DNA from: an uncultured Verrucomicrobiae bacterium
GTDB lineage: Bacteria; Verrucomicrobiota; Verrucomicrobiia; Chthoniobacterales; Chthoniobacteraceae
Length of the DNA stretch: 64,000 nt
Reading direction: 5' to 3'
Assembly: GCA_963769025.1 (NCBI GenBank)
Contig: CAVYKI010000010.1
Span: forward strand, 64,001-128,000
Shown here: positions 33,528 through 48,500 of the stretch, piece after piece
Position numbering within the stretch: position 1 is the stretch's first letter
Layout of the letters: each line of letters starts with the position of its first letter
Program-made: the position numbers and the translations under genes
Notes under the pieces: generated by a model
Seen by the model: only the letters and a program-made list of their open reading frames with translations
Database searches by the model: none
What the model was told of the DNA's origin: nothing

Positions 33528-36500
33528 CTACCTGCCGGCCGTGCGGCTGCGGACGCCGGGGAATCGGCGGCGCTCGCGGTATCCAATCAGGGCACACAAC
33601 GCGACCGCTCCGATGAGCGCCGTCGTCGCGGGCTCCGGCACCGGAACGATTTCATACTGGCCGCCGCCCAGGTCGATCTGTGCCGCGGCGCCAAAGCCGG
33701 TGAAGCTGATCTGGTTGAGCCATCCGCTGCCGGCGATGTCGGTGTTGAAGATCAACTGATCGGTCCCGCCTCCACCAGGCCCGGGCATGAGCGGATTGCC
33801 GGTCCAGCCATCGATCACGAGATTCGCCCCGAGAGCAAATGTCGTCCCCGCGCCGAACGTCAGGATGCTCGCGCCAGAGCCCAAATCGATATTGGAACTT
33901 TGCGAGAGGATGAGCGCCCCGAGCGTTTCATTGAAGCCGCCGGTGTTCAGCGTGCCACCCGCAAGTTCCATCGTCGCGGCATCGTTGATGCGATTCGCGG
34001 CGTTCAGAAGCATCGTGCCGCCGCTGTTCACCTTCACTCCGCTAGTCCCGCTGAGGCTGCCGGTCACGGCCAGCGTGCCGGCGTCCACAGTCGTCACACC
34101 GGTGTAGGTGCTGCTGGCGGCTGTCAGTTCCAGGGTGCCCGCGCCGAGCTTGGTGAGTCCGACGCTGTTCGCGCCGGCGTTGGTGTTCGCGATCGCGGTG
34201 CCGTAAGTGAAGGTCCCGCCGGCGTTGGTCGTGTCAAGGCCGAGGCTGGAACCGTTTTTGAAGCCCCCGGATGCCGTGCCGATGACCTTGATCGTGTCGA
34301 TGTCGGAGGCGGTGAACTCACCCGCCCCGCCGACATTGAACGCGGCGGTGGCGCCCGGCTCGACGATGACTTTCGCCGCGGTCCAGTTCGCCGCGTTGCC
34401 GTTGTAGAGCGACACCTGCTTCTCCGCCTGGAGCGTGCCGGAAGCCACCGTGGTCGTTCCGGTGTAGCTGTTCGTGCCGCTGAGCACCGTGCGCCCCGTC
34501 GAGGTGCCGCTCTGGACGAGGGCGCCCGAACCGCTGATGTTGTTGGCCACCGCCAGCGTGTTGCTGCGGTTGAACGAGAGCGCTCCGTTGTTGACGATAG
34601 CCCCGGTGCCGGTCGTGCCGGTCGTGCCGCCAGTGCCCACCTGCAAGGCGCCGTCGCTGATGGTGGTCGTCGCGCTGTAGGTGTTCGTGCCGGCGAGGAC
34701 GAGCGTGCCGGTGCCCGTCTTCAGGAGATCCGTGCAGTCGTCGCCGGAAATCACGCCGGAGACGGTGAGCACGTTCGCAAGCGTCACGTCGATGCTGGCC
34801 AGCGCGCCCGCGAGCGCGATGTCGCGACCCACGCCGAGGTCGACATTGGCGCCCGTGCTTTGGAACGTGGAGCCATTGGCGATCCGGATGTCATTGGTCG
34901 CGCTGGCGTCACCGAGGTTGTTGCTGGCGCTGATGCTCAGCATGCCCTGCTGGATGTCCGTCACGCCGGAGTAGCTGCTGCCTCCAGCGAGGACGAGGGT
35001 GCCTGCGCCGAGCTTGATCACTGAGCCGCTGCCGGAGATCGCGCTGCTCAAGGTCTGCGTGCCGGTCGTGCGGTTGATGACCAGATTGGAATTGTTCGTG
35101 ATGTCACTCGCGAAGGCGGTGGCATCGTTCAACTGCAACGTGCCGCCGCTGATCGTGGTCGGACCCGTGTAGATGATGTTGGCCCCGGCGAGGATCTGCG
35201 TGCCGTTGCCTTGCTTCGTGAATGCCAGCGTCCCGCCCGTGCCGGAGGCGCGGTTCCGGAGGAAGCCGGTGAAGCTGAAGTCCTGGTTGCTGTTGACGAT
35301 CAGCGTGCCGTTGCCGGCGACGGTGTCCGTGGCGCTCTCGTGGTTTTCGATGACGCCGCGGGACACGGCCGAAATGCCAGCCACCGTCTCCGTGCGGCCG
35401 AACAGCTTGAAGTAAGCCTCCGCGCCGCTCGCGCTCACGAATGAGAGGACGGCGGTATCCACGATCTGCTCATCCGCACCAAGCCCGACGACGACATCCA
35501 GCGTGCCGGACGTGACGTTGCCGATCTGCAGGTTGCCGTTGATGGCCGAATTCGTCGTTCCGTTGAGGACGACGGAGCTCACCGTGGAGCTGTTTACCGA
35601 CTGGTTGACGATGGTCGTTCCCGTGAAGGTCGAGGCACCCTGGATGGTGAGCAGGCCGGTGGTGCCTGTCGTCACGCTGCGCGTGATGATGTTCAGCTCA
35701 TCCGCTGAACCCGCGGTGGTGTCGTTGATGCCGTTCGCCAGCGTCACGCCCGCGGTGACAAGGCTCACGTCGAGCGTGCCGCCGCCGGTGTTGATGTCCC
35801 ACGGCTTGGTGGACGGGTCGCCGGTGAAACCTGCCGCCAGCTTCAACCCGCCGCCGAAGAAATGGAGGGCGTTGGTGGTGCCGTTCACCTTGTCCAGATT
35901 ATCGATCAGGAGCGTGCCCTGGTTGAGATAGACGTCGGTGAAGAGGTTGCCGGTGTCGGTAAGCGCGAGGGTGCCCGCGCCGGATTTGACCAGCGGGACG
36001 GCGGACGTCAGCGGCGTGGCCAGCGTGAGCGATCCCGCCGCCGTCGTGACGAAGACGGTGTAATCGCGGCTGCCACCGGTGGTGATTTCACTGATCGTGC
36101 CGATGCTGTGGCTCCCCGCCCCCGCCGCGAGGATAGCGCCGGTGGTAATCTCCATCGAACTCTCCATCGGACTGGCGGAGCCGGTGAGGGCGATGGGCGT
36201 CGCGGAATCGAGCACCAGCGAGTTGATGGCCGCCGGCGTCGCGGTGATCGCCGCGGTAGCCGTGAAGCGGATGTTGTCGAAGAGCGTACCCGTGATGGTG
36301 TTGTCGTCGTTGATGTATTCCGTGGTCGCGAGCGGGCGCACGCCGGTGGTGGCGTCCACGTTGGTGACGAAGCTGTTGCCCAGCCCCGCATTGGTCACAT
36401 CGCCGACAATCCACGGGATGATCTTCAACTGCGTGCCCGTGTCCGATCCGTTGCCGACCTCGAATCCGTTGAGCGCGGCCTGGCCGGCGGCATCAAACCG

Positions 36501-39500
36501 GATCAGCCCCTTCCGCGCGGTCGCCGTGCTGCCGAGCGCGAGTCCGCGCACGAGGAGCGTGGCGCGGTTGCTGCCACGGGAAAGGGTGTCCGCCGTGAGC
36601 AGCGCAACGGTCGCTGTGCTGTTGTTCGTCGGGAGCGCCGTCGCGACGTTGTGGCCGGCGCCGAGATTGATCGCCCCGACGTTCTCGTCCCGCGATCCGG
36701 CGGTGGTGGCGTAAGTATTTTCGACCGTGATCCCGTTGGTGCCTGCGGTGTTGTTGAGGGTGATGGCCACCGTGTTGCTGACGCGGTCGATGGTTCCGCT
36801 CTGATCCTGGACGCTGCGCAGTTCAGCGCCATTCAGGGTGTAGCTCGTCGCCTGGGCAATGTCGCCACTCCCGCCTGAGAGCGAGAGGAGTCCCGCATTC
36901 ACCGTCACGTTGCCCGTCATCGTGCTGTTCCCGGTGAGGGTCAGCGTGGAGCCGCCATCCTTGACGAGTTTTCCGGCGCCGCTGAAGATCGCATTGACGG
37001 TCTGGGCGGACGTCTGGTTCACCGTGAGAGTCGAGCCCGTGTTGAGGACGACGGAGCCGCCCGAATCGCCGGCGAGGCTGCCGATCGTCTCCGTCTGGTT
37101 GGTGACGAGTTCCAGCCGGGTGCCAGGCGCGTTTCGGAGGTTGATTTGCGAGTTGTCGCTGACCGCGCTGCCACCCGTGAGGCGGAGCGTGCCTTCGATG
37201 ATGGTGATGGTGCCGGTCTGGTTGTTCGTTCCGCTGAGCACGGTGATGCCGGTGCCGTTCTTGGTGATGGCGGCACCTCCGACAATCCGCGACGCGAGGG
37301 TCAGCGTGCCGGTGTTGTTTTGTGTGATGATGAATTCATTGGTGCCGCTGGCGAGTGTTCCGCCGGTGATCGTGGACGAGCTGCCGACGACCGTGCTGGT
37401 CACCATGATGCCGCCGCTGGAGATCACCAGGCTTTGCCCGACGGTGATGGTGGAAGTTGCCGCCACGTCGAAGCGCAGGCTGTTGATGGTGTTGCAGTCG
37501 GGATCCACGGTCCCTGTGAAGCCGGCGCTGTTGGTGATGTTTTCATTCGACCCCCACGTGCTGGCATTGTTCTTCGTCGTGTAGGTGGCGGCGACGATTT
37601 GGCCGCCGGAGATGGAGGCGAAGTCGCGGTCATTGATCGTGAGCCAGGCGCCCACGATGCCGTTGGTGTTCACGGTCGGCCCGCTGTAGGCGAACAGGGT
37701 GTTCGCATCCGGCAGCGAGACATTGAGGATGCCGGCAGTGCGGGTGATCGTGCCGGCGACGGCGAAAGTGACGTTCTGCCCGCCCGCCGAGGTCAGGCTC
37801 ATCTGCGAGGGGCCGCCGGCCACGGCGAGACTTGCGACGGTCTGGGTGCTCGGGGCCGTGGCGTTGCCGATCAGGTTGGTGTTGGAGGGCGCGTCGCTGT
37901 TCGTCGCGGAGCCGACGGTGAATGCGCCGGTGCCCATCTTGTTGTCGGTGCCGGCGTTCGTGGTGAAGTCGAGGACGAGCGTGCCTTCGCGGTTCAGCGT
38001 GGTGCCGGTGAGGCTGTTGTTGCCGCTCAGTGTGACCGTCAGGTTGTTATCGCGCGTCGCCGCGGCCGCGCCGCTGAGATTTGCGGAAACCGTGCCCTGG
38101 TTGAGGGTCAGCGTGTTCGTCACGTTGAGCGTGCCGGTGCCGGTGATGTTTCCGACTTCCGTGGCCACGGTATTGAACCCGATCTGCAGCAGCGGGATGG
38201 TGTTGGTCGTTCCGCCGAGGAGTTCCAGGTTCCCGATTCCCTGGTTGTCATCTCCGAGGATGATCTGCTCGATGGAGGAACCGATGGCATTGGTGGCGTT
38301 CAGATAAATGGTCGCGCCATCGCGGGCGAAGAGGCGGTTCTGGCCGGCGCCGCCGACGATGGCGTCCACGACGTTCAGGTTCACCACGGGAGCGCCCGTC
38401 GAGTCGGCGACGAGATCACCGGCAGAGCCCAGGATCAGGCTGCCAGCGCCGGAAACAGTCAGCGTGCCGGCGTTGACGAGGTAGTCGTCGCCGACGCTGA
38501 CCGTGCCCTGGATCGTCCAGGTTCCTGTGCCGTTCTTGATCACGTCGGAATTCGCGCCGTCCGTGGTGCCGCTCGCGAGGGTGACGGGGCCGGTGATGAG
38601 GCCGTTGCCGGTGCCATCGAGCACCAGGGCAAAGCCATTCGCACCGACGTTGCCCGCCGTGGAAGTGACAGCTCCGGAGACGGTGAGGTCGGTCGCCGCG
38701 GTGGCGGAATCATTCGCGGTGAATGTGCGCGAGGCGGTGCCGAGATCCATCGGTGCCGCGATGCTGCCGCCCAGCGGATCGTTGGTGCCGTCAAAGACGA
38801 CGTTGCCATTGAGCGTGATGGAGCCCCCGCCGCCGGTGTTCGCGATCACCGGAGTGGCGGCGATGTCCGCACCGCCCAGGGTGATGCCGCCGGTGAAGAC
38901 CGTGGTCCTGCTGTTGTTGTCGAATGTCGCGGTGGTGCCGGCATTGGCGTTGACCGAGAGGGCGCTGCTCGTGGTGATGCTGCCGGCGGCTCCGAGCCGG
39001 AGGATGCCGTTGTTCACCGTCGTGGTGCCGGTGTAGGTGTTGGCGCCGTTCAGGATCAACGTGGCGGTCCCGGTCTTCACGAGCGCGAGGTTGTTTTCAT
39101 TGGTCCCGGCTCCGCCGATCACACCGCCGAAAGTTCCCGTCGCACCCTGCGTGACGATCAGCGTCGAGACGGCCGCGCTGCCGCCGACGATTGCGTTTGC
39201 GGTGCCGCTGCCGGAAGTCGTGAGGGTCCCGAGCGCGGTATTGGATGCGCCATTCACGGAGTCGCCGAGCTGGAGGACGGCCGAGGTGCTGCCTGCGCCG
39301 AGGGTAAATGCGTTCAGGCCGGGCAGGCGATTGTCGGCCAGGCCCTCGAGGATGAGGCGGCCGGCAGTCAGGGTCGTGGCGCCGTCGTAGGTGCCCAGCG
39401 CGTCCGTCCCGCGGAGGATGATGGTGCCGGCGGAAGTCCCGTCGTCGTTGAGCTTCAGGAACCCAGGCCCGATGATGGAGCCGGAGAGGACGAGCGTGGA

Positions 39501-42500
39501 TGCGCTCGTCACGTTCCATGTCTGGTCCGCGCCGAGCCGGATCTGGGCGTTGATGGTGACCGTGGCCGGTCCTCCGGTCGTGATTTTCAGACCGTCCGTC
39601 GAGACCTGCGGGGCGATCGCGATGCGGCTGGTGGTCAGCGCCCCGGTGTTGATGGTGACCGAGGAAGGCGTGTCGAGCGGATTGGTGCTGGGCTCGAAGG
39701 TGAGGGAGTTGATCTTGAAGTTCTGCTCGAGCGTGGTCGTGAGCGCGGCGCCGCCGGTGAGGCTGTCGGCGATGAATTTCACATCGGACCCCTGCCCAGG
39801 GCTGGAAATCCGGGCCGTGGTGCCGGCCTTGTCCTCGGACCAGTTGGTGGCGTCGTTCCAGACCAGACCCGCTCCGCCGCGCCAGAACCAGTCGCCGGTG
39901 ATCAGCAGGCCGGTGGTGATGTACATCAGCGTGTCGGTGCGCACCAACGTGATGGAGGTAAAGCCGCCCGGAGTGGCGCCGAGGAGCCAGTCCGAATTTG
40001 ACAGCAGGCCGGTGGTCAATCCGCCATCCACGACCGACAGCAGATTGTAGTTCTGGGATGGGTTCAGCCCGATGTCCGTCAGGTTGAATTTGATCTGGTT
40101 TCCCGCGAAGAGCGTCAGCGCGCCGCCCGTGGATAGCGTGATGAGATCCGTGCTGAGCTGATCCCCGGCGGTGACCGTGTCGCCGACGTTGAGGCCGAGT
40201 TCCGTCAACGTGCCGCCGGAACTGCCGAGCGTGAGCGCGGTGACCGTGAGCTTGTCTCCCACGCCGTTCAGGAGGCGCAGGTTCGCGCCGTCGCCGACGG
40301 TTATGGCGGTGGTGCCGCTGATCGGGCCGGCGAAAGTGAGCTTGCTGCCCGCGCCGGTGACGGTCGTGCTTCCGGTATAGGTGCTCGTGCCCCCCACGGT
40401 GAGTTCGCCCGAGCCGGTCTTCACGAAGTGGAGATTGTTCTCATTCGCGCCCGCGCCACCCAGTCCGCCGTTGTACGTGGTGACGGTGCTCTGGTTCACC
40501 GTCAACGTGGAGAACGCGGCATTCCCGCTCACAATCGCGTTCGATGTGCCGAAGCCGGAGCTCGCGAGGGATGTCGCGGTCTGGTTGGAGGCACCGGATC
40601 CATTTCCGAGACGGAGCACGCCGGAGGTGCCCAGATTGCCGAAGCTGAGACCGCCGGAGCCCAGTCGCTCATTCACACCGCCCACCGCGATGACCGTGCC
40701 GTCCTGGATCGCTGTGCCGCCCGAGTACGTGTTGGTTCCAGTGATCGTGAGAGTGCCGCCGGTCGTTTTCAGGAGCGGCGTCGTCCCACCGTTGAGCTCG
40801 GCGAGATTCTGGAGCGTGCCCCCCTGCCCCTCGAACGCGACGCTCTGAGTCGAAGATCCGATGTTGAACCCGGCCATATCGAGCAAGCCGTTGCTCAGGT
40901 TGATCGCCGCGTTTGCGACCTTGGAACCCGAGCCGGTTCCGGAAAGGCCGATCTTGACGATGTTGCCGCCCAACGTCGTCGTGCCACCCGAGATGTTGAT
41001 GGTGGAATTCACCGCGGTCGCCTGCGTGCTGGTTCCGTTGTTCAGGGCGGCCATCGTGATCGCTGTACCTGAGGTCGCGCCGATCGTGACGGTCCCTCCG
41101 CTGATGTTCAAAGTCGCGTTCTCCGTCGCGCTCTGCCCCGCGACGGTGTAGGTCCCGGCGAGATTGCCAAACTGGAGGATGCCGCTGGCGATGTTCACGA
41201 TCCCCCCGCCGAGATTGATGGTCACATCCGTCGTACGCGCGAGGCCGGCCCCGTTGCCGGATTCGGCCGTCCGCGTTGCCGCAGTGAGGCTCAGCATGTC
41301 GAGCGTTCCAGTGTCAAAGCTGAACGAGTTCCCATGGCTGGAGCCCCGGCTCTGCGTTCCGATGTTCAGCGTGCTGAGCAACAAGTCCGCGCTGTGACCG
41401 GTGAAGTCCACGATGTTCGTCACGCCGGCACCCGGAGGCACGCCCGTGTTGGCAGCGCCCGTACCGATGTTCAATGCGACGCGGCTGGTCGTGTCAGCAG
41501 CCCGCAGGAAGATGGTGCCGTTGCCGGAGGCGACAGTGATTTGACCCATGTCACGGCCGCCGGTGCCGACGTTCACGGTGTTCACGTACAGGGTCGTCAG
41601 GCCGGTGCCGAGGACCACGGAATTGGTCTGGCCGGCAGCCCCGGCATTTCCGCTGTTGTCGCCGACGTTGAAATTCGCCGCCGTGATCGTGGTGACCGGC
41701 GTGGTCGGCGTGATGCCTGTCGTCGGAGTGGGCAGGAGCAGGGTGGACTGGTTCCCGGCGAGGTTCGTCCCGTTGGGCTGGTTCACCCGGACGGTTCCCG
41801 TGGCGCTCACGTCGATCGTGACACCGTTCAGCCCGGTGAGATCGAGGACGGAGTTCTGCGAATTCGTGCTGCTCGTGCTGCCGCCGACCGCGAAAAGTCC
41901 GCCTGCGGCTGTGGTGACATTCAGATTTCCTCCGCCCGTCATCGTCAGCGTGGCGCGTGCATTCGTGGTGCCGGGGGTCGTGGCGCCGATCTGCACGTTG
42001 CCACCGAAGCTCAGCGTCTTGCCCGGATCCACGGTGATGGTGCTCGCCGTCGCGGAGTTGATGTTCATGATCAGCGCGCCGCCGAAGCTCGCGTTGATGC
42101 CATTGAGATCGAAGGCGACCGGGACCGTGGTGGCGGCGGCACCGAGCGTCAGGCCGCCCGAGAGCGACGGATTGGCCGTGTCGAAAGTGAGCGTGCCCCC
42201 GTTGATGGTGGTAAGGCCGCCGTAGTTGCTGGCCGCGCTCGAACTCAGGCCCGAGAGGGTCAGGTTGCCGCCGCCCGCCTTTGCCACTGCGCCGGTCGCG
42301 CCCTGGATGCTGCCGGTGAACGTGGAGCTCAGGTTGTTCGTCACATTGCCCACGGTGAGCGTGAATGCGCCGGTGATGTTCACGAGGCCACTGTTCGTGA
42401 CAGTGCCCACATTGCCCAGCGAACCGAGGGTCTGCGAGGCACCGATGTTGAGGGTCGTGCCGTCGCCCACATCCACGGCCGCCAGCGCGCCGAGCGCCGT

Positions 42501-45500
42501 GGCGTTGTTGGAATTCAGCGTGCCGCCGTTGAGGTCGATGACAGTGCCATCCACCAGGCCGGTCGCGGCGGTAGCCAGAATCATCGTGGCGTCGCCCTCC
42601 TTGGTGATGGTGCGGGCGACCCCGTTGTCGTTCAGCGCGCCGAGCGTGAGGGTCAGAGCTCCGCCGCCGGAGGCATTGGTGACATTGAAGGTCGGGGACG
42701 CGAGAAACGAGGCGCTGCCGGTGAAGCTGACGACCTCCGTCCCGCCCGTGATATTCGCACCGCCCGCGATATTGAGGACGCTGGATCCCACGCCCATCGT
42801 GAGCCCGGCCCCCGTGCCGGTGCCGATGGCCTGGGTGATTCCGTTCCCGGGGGTCGCCCGGTCCAGGGTGATCGTGGTGGGCGTGCCCGTGACATACACA
42901 TTCGCCCGGGCGATGCTCGCCGTGTCGGTCTGGATGGCGAGCGCGCCGCCATTGAGCTGCATGGTCATCGAGTTCGGGTTGATATCGCCGACCACGCTGT
43001 TGCTCGTGCCTTGCAGCAAAAGGGTGCCTGCATCCACGCGGAAGCCGACGCCCGTGGCACCGCCCACGCCCACGCCCTGCGCATCGTACGACGAACTGGA
43101 AACGGTGAGCGCGAGCGTCCCGGCGCCAGTCTTGATCAGGCCGCCGCCATTGGCAGTGGCGGCCGTGGTCCCGACAATCGCGCTGCTCATGACCAGCGTG
43201 CCGCCATCGACCTGGATCGTTCCCGGCCCGGCCTGCACGTTGAAGACCTTGCCGGAATTCGCGTTGAAGCCGGTGGTGACCTGCAGGGTGCCGCCACCCG
43301 TGCCGAAGATGATGTCATTGGTGCCCACGCCCAGTCCGGTTTCCGCGTCGATCTTCACCACGCCGCCCGTGTTGATGTTGGTGTTTACGGTGAATCCGTT
43401 TGCGCTGCTGAGGTAGAGCGTCCCGGTCCCGGTCTTCGTCACGCTGGTGACCCCGGCCGGGATCGTGCCGGCGATCGTCACGTCGCCCGTGCCCGCCACG
43501 GTGAGGCCGAAGGCGCCGGTCACGTTGCCGTTGATGGTGAGCACGTTCGCGGCGTCGTTCGCCCAAATCTGCGCGGCACCGAGGGTGACGGCGCTGTTGA
43601 TGGTCACCGCCCCCGCCCCGCTTTCCACCGCGAGACCCGTGGTGCCGCTGGGCGGCGTGAGCGTGAGAGTGTTCCCGCTGATCGAGGCGCCGCTGGTCGC
43701 CGCCGCGGCGAACGTCAGCGTCCGGATGGTGAAGTTCTGCCCCAGGACCGTGGCGAGGTTCCCCGCGGCGGGTGTCGTGGTGTAGAAATGGACATCCGTC
43801 GTCGTTCCCGGGAGGGCGAACGTGTCCGCGTTGCCCGTGGCATCCGTGCGCCAGTTCGAGGCCGCACCGGCGCCGAGCGTGTTCCAGTTTGCGTCCACGC
43901 TTCCGGACCAGAACGCGATGGACGGCGTGAGGTTGGTCACGAACAGCTGGAGTTGGTTGGAGTTGTTCTGCAGGACGCCCGTGTGGGCGGGATCCCCGGC
44001 GAACACGGGGTTCAGCACGAGGTTGCCGAAGTTGCTCAGCGTGCCGGTGTATCCGTTCACCAGCGTGTAGAGGCCGCCCACCGACAGCGGTGCCATTGCA
44101 TTGATGTTCACCTGCGTGTTCGTCCCGAAGACCGGGATGATGTCGGTGGAAATGAGGTCATTCACTCCGCCGCCGACGGTCGTCACGCCGGCGAGGTCAA
44201 AGTTGAGCTTGCCAAAGGCGTTGGCGTTGGTGGTCAGGCCGACGGTGTTGATCGTCAGCGTGCCTGCCGTGCCGACGGTGCCGGGATTCAGCACCGCGCC
44301 CTGGGAGAAATTCGTCGCGCCGCCGACGGCGAGCGTCACGCCGCCCGTGACGGTGCCGGTGCCGCCGAGGATTCCCTGCGTGGCGGCGGTGGTGCCGCCG
44401 GTGACCGTGAGAAGGCTCGTGCCCGTGCCCGATCCCGTCGTGTTGTTCACGAGCAGCGTGCCGCCGCTGACGGTCGTCACGCCCGTGTACGTATTCGCGC
44501 CGGTAATCGTCCACGTGCTGATGTTGCTCTTGGTGACCCGCGTGTAGCCGCCGAGCAGGACGGGGGCGAAGCCGCCACCCACCGCGTCGGAAATCACCCC
44601 GTCAACCCGGTTGCCCGTGCTCGTGCCGTCCAGCGTGATGGTGTCGAAATTGCCGGTGCCGAAACCGGTCATCGGATTCGTCACGTTGCCGGCGATGATG
44701 AGGCTGGCGGTCGTGGGATTAAGCGTCGTGGTCTGGCCGGTGCCGGGATTGAGGCCAAGGCCGCTCAGCGTCAGCGAGTAGCCATCGGCACCCGTGACGT
44801 TCAAGGTGCGGGCCGCCGCGGTGGCCTGGGTCAGCGGGCCGAGCACGATCGTGTTGCCGGTGTTGCCGGTCAGGCTGGCCACGTTGATCGTGGAACCCGA
44901 TGTGGTGAGCTGCACATTGTAGCCGCCGGGGTTGCTGGCGCTGCCGTAGGTGATGCTGCCGTTGTTGCCGGTTCCGTCATTGCGGAGGCTCAGGATGCCG
45001 GCGTTCAGGTTGATGGCGTTGACGGCCGTGGAATCACCGAGGCCCCCGATCGCGCGGTTCACCTGCAGCGTGCCGGCCGTGATCGTCGTGATTCCCGTGT
45101 ACGTGCTCGGCGCGGCCGTATTCGCGAGCACCCACGTGCCGGCCTCGGCCTTGGTCAGGGCCAGGACGCCGACGCACTGGTCGATGATGCCATTGAGCAC
45201 GTTGTCGAATCCCGTCGTCGTGCCCTGGAGCGTGAGCGTCGCCGGGGTGGCCCCGCCGCTCTCGACATTTTCGATGTTGCCATTGAGGACGAGCGCGCCG
45301 CTTCCATCGTTGTCGATGGTGCCGCCTCCGGTGGTCCCCGAAATCCAAAAGGGGCGATTCGTGCTTCCGCCGGTACCCGTGTAAAGCAGGACGCCGGTCG
45401 TGGTCCCGAGGCCGAGCCGGATGGCGGCGTTCTCGCCGGTGGGCGCGCCGATGGAGCTGCTGAAGCCGGCGTTGGCGATCGTGTCGATGCTCAGCGTCCC

Positions 45501-48500
45501 GTTCGTGATATGCGTGTAGCCCGTGAAGGTGCTCGCAGCGTTGCCCAGCACCACCGTCTGGGCGCTGGTCAGCTTGAGCAGGTTCATGTTGCCCGCGAGG
45601 ATCGGCGTCACGGTGCCGCGATTCACCGTCATCGTGCCGGTGCCGGTCAGCGTGCCGGTGCCGGTGAGGGCCGCAGTCGCGGAATTGGGCAGGGTGATGT
45701 CCCCCACCGTGGCGTTGAACGCTCCCATGTCGAAGGTCGCCCCGGCCGCAACTGTCAGATCGCCCGTGCTGATGGCCTGGTTCACGCCCAGCGTGAGCGT
45801 GCCGGCGGCGACGATGGTGTTGCCCGTGTGGGCGGTCGTGGCATTCAGCGTGAGATTGCCCGCGCCCGCCTTCGTGAAGTTGCCGCTCCCGCTGCCAAGG
45901 CTGTTGGCAAGGGAGACATTCAGTCCGTTGAGGTCGAACGTGCCGCCGCCATTCAGGAACGAGATGGTGCGCTGTGAAATGTCGTCCGTGAGCCCGGCGC
46001 CGAGGCGCAGTGTGCCACCTGCAAAAACGAGGGCGCCGGTATTGCCGCCGATGTTGTCGAGGTCGGCGATTTCGAGGATGCCTTCGTTCAGCGTGGTCTT
46101 CCGGCTGCCGCCGCCCGCGGCGTTGTTGCCGCTGAGAATCAGCGTGCCGCGGCCGGACTTCGTGATGTCCGCCGTGGAGGTGAGCGGCGAGGAGATCGTG
46201 GCCGTCACCGTGCCGCCCGCCGCGGCGGAGGTGGGATTCTGGACAAAGAAGACGTATTCATTCGTGCTCCCGACGGTGATGCCGGAGTCGAATCCACCGA
46301 GCGTTATCCCCATTGCCGGAGTCCCCGTCACTGCGGCGGTCGCCGTGAAAAGCATCGTGCCGCTGGTCACGGCCAGGGTCTGGCCGCCTCCCGTGCCGGT
46401 GAGGTTGATCGTGTTGGCTGTCGTGTTGCTGTTATTGACCACCAACGCGTTCAGCGTCGTGCCTGCGACCCCCGTCAGATCCGTTGGACGAGATTCACGG
46501 ATATTGTCCGAGTTGCTGGCCTTGGTGGAGAAGGCGAAATATTCGGTGGTAAGGTCGAGCGCACGGAAGCCGGCACCGGAGACGTAGGTCACCAGCGAGT
46601 TGCCCATGTTTGCATCCGCAAGAGTGGTCGTGGTTGTCTCGCCAAAGGCCCAAGGCACAATCGAAATGGTCTTTGTTCCCGCAGCACCTCCGCCGCCCAC
46701 CAGCGTGGCGATGAATGCAGTCTGATTGCCCGCCGTGCCGATGCGGAACTGATTACGATCCCCGGTAGTGGCCCCCATCGCGCGGCCGCGCGCATCCACG
46801 GTGGCGTTGTTGTTGCGTACAAAATTGTTGGTAATGAGCGAGGCGATGCCCGTGGTTCCGCTGGCGTCGCCGCGCAGGTAGTTGGCACCCGAGTTGAAGA
46901 CGAGATCGCCGATCGTTTCGTTGGTCGTGGCGTTTTGGTCGGTCCGGATCGCCAGGCCGCTGGGCCTCGTCTCCGCGTTCCAGGATCCGTCCGCCGAGTT
47001 CAGCGTGATCGGCGTCGTATCCAGGATGCGCGCGCCCGTCCGGGTGGCGCCGTTGTTGCTGATCAGGAAACTGGCCCCTTTGTTCAACGTGATTGCGGAG
47101 GCATCCATGGTGCCCAGTGCGTCAAGGAGCACGAGCCCGCCATTGATCGTGAGAGTCCCGGTAAATCCGGCACCGGATGAACCTTGGAAACTGAGGTTGG
47201 CGACGCCGCTCGTCCCATTCCGGACAATCGCCCCGCTGCCCGTGAAAACGCCCGCGTAGGTGGTGCCCACAGTCTGGTTGATCGTGAGCGTGTTCACCCC
47301 CACATCCACAACGCCGACCGCGACACCGAACGAGGTCGTGGTGTTGCCGCCCGCAAGGTTGCCGATGGTTTCGTTTCCCGTGAGCTGCAGCATGCTCGCC
47401 TGATCATCGGCAAGGGTCACTGGCGAGGCGTCGCCGATCCCGTTCCCGCTCGCGACCAGGGTCCCGGCCTGGATGTCGGTGATGCCCGAGTAGTTGTTGT
47501 TCCCGCTCAGGACCAGCGTTCCGAGGCCAGACTTCGTGACCCCGGTCGTCCCCGAGATGGCCGAGGAAACCGTCAGGCTCTGGGCGGTGCTGTCCTGGAT
47601 GAAGATCAGCTCGTTGATGCCGGAAGTGAGCGTGCCGCCGGAGATGGTGTGCGCGCCCGTGGTCACCGCGCTGGTCATCAGGATGCCGCCGCTGGTGATG
47701 CTCAGCACGCCGCCCGCGTTGATGGTCACGGCCGAGGCCGCATCGGCATTGAAGCGCAGGCTGTTGATGTCCTGGCAGTCAAGCGTGCCGGTGAAGCCGG
47801 CCGAGTCGGTCACGTTATCCCCCCGCACCCAGGAGCCGATGGCGTCCTGCAAGGTCGTGGTCGCCGCGACGATGTTGCCCGGCGAGCCGGAGCCATCATT
47901 TTTGGCAAAGAAGGTGTCGCCGCTGCTCGTCGTCACCGTGTACCAGCCGCCGAGGATGCCCGTGCCGGTGGCATTGTTGTTGGCCGAAGTCGTGGTGATG
48001 GCGCCGAGCGCCGGAAGTTCGAGCCGGAGCGTGCCGTCGTTCGCCAGCGCGCCGCGCGCCACGTTCCCGAGGTTGAGCGTGGTGGCAAATCCATTGCTGT
48101 TGACCGCAATCTTGCTGGAGCCGCCGCTCCCGAGGGTCACGGAGGCCACCGACTGCGTCGTCGCCGCACTCGCATTGCCTTCGAGCGTGAGGTTGCCGCC
48201 GCGCAAGTCCAGGCCCGTGGTGGGCGTGAGTTTGTTGCCGTTGTTCGTCCCGTAATCGAGGATCAGGTTGCCCGCAGTCACGATCACCGCCGTGGCGCTG
48301 GAGAGGGAATTGTTTCCCGCGAGCGTCACCGTTCCCGTGCCCTGCTTGTTCACGGCGAGGGCGCTGATGAGGTTGGCCTCGATCGTCCCCGAGAAGAGAT
48401 TCAGCGTCGTGGTGACGGTGAGGTTGCCCGACCCGGTCACGACGCCAAAGAGACCCGGAGTGAGGACGCCGATGTCCAGGCGATCCGTCGTCAGGTTAAA

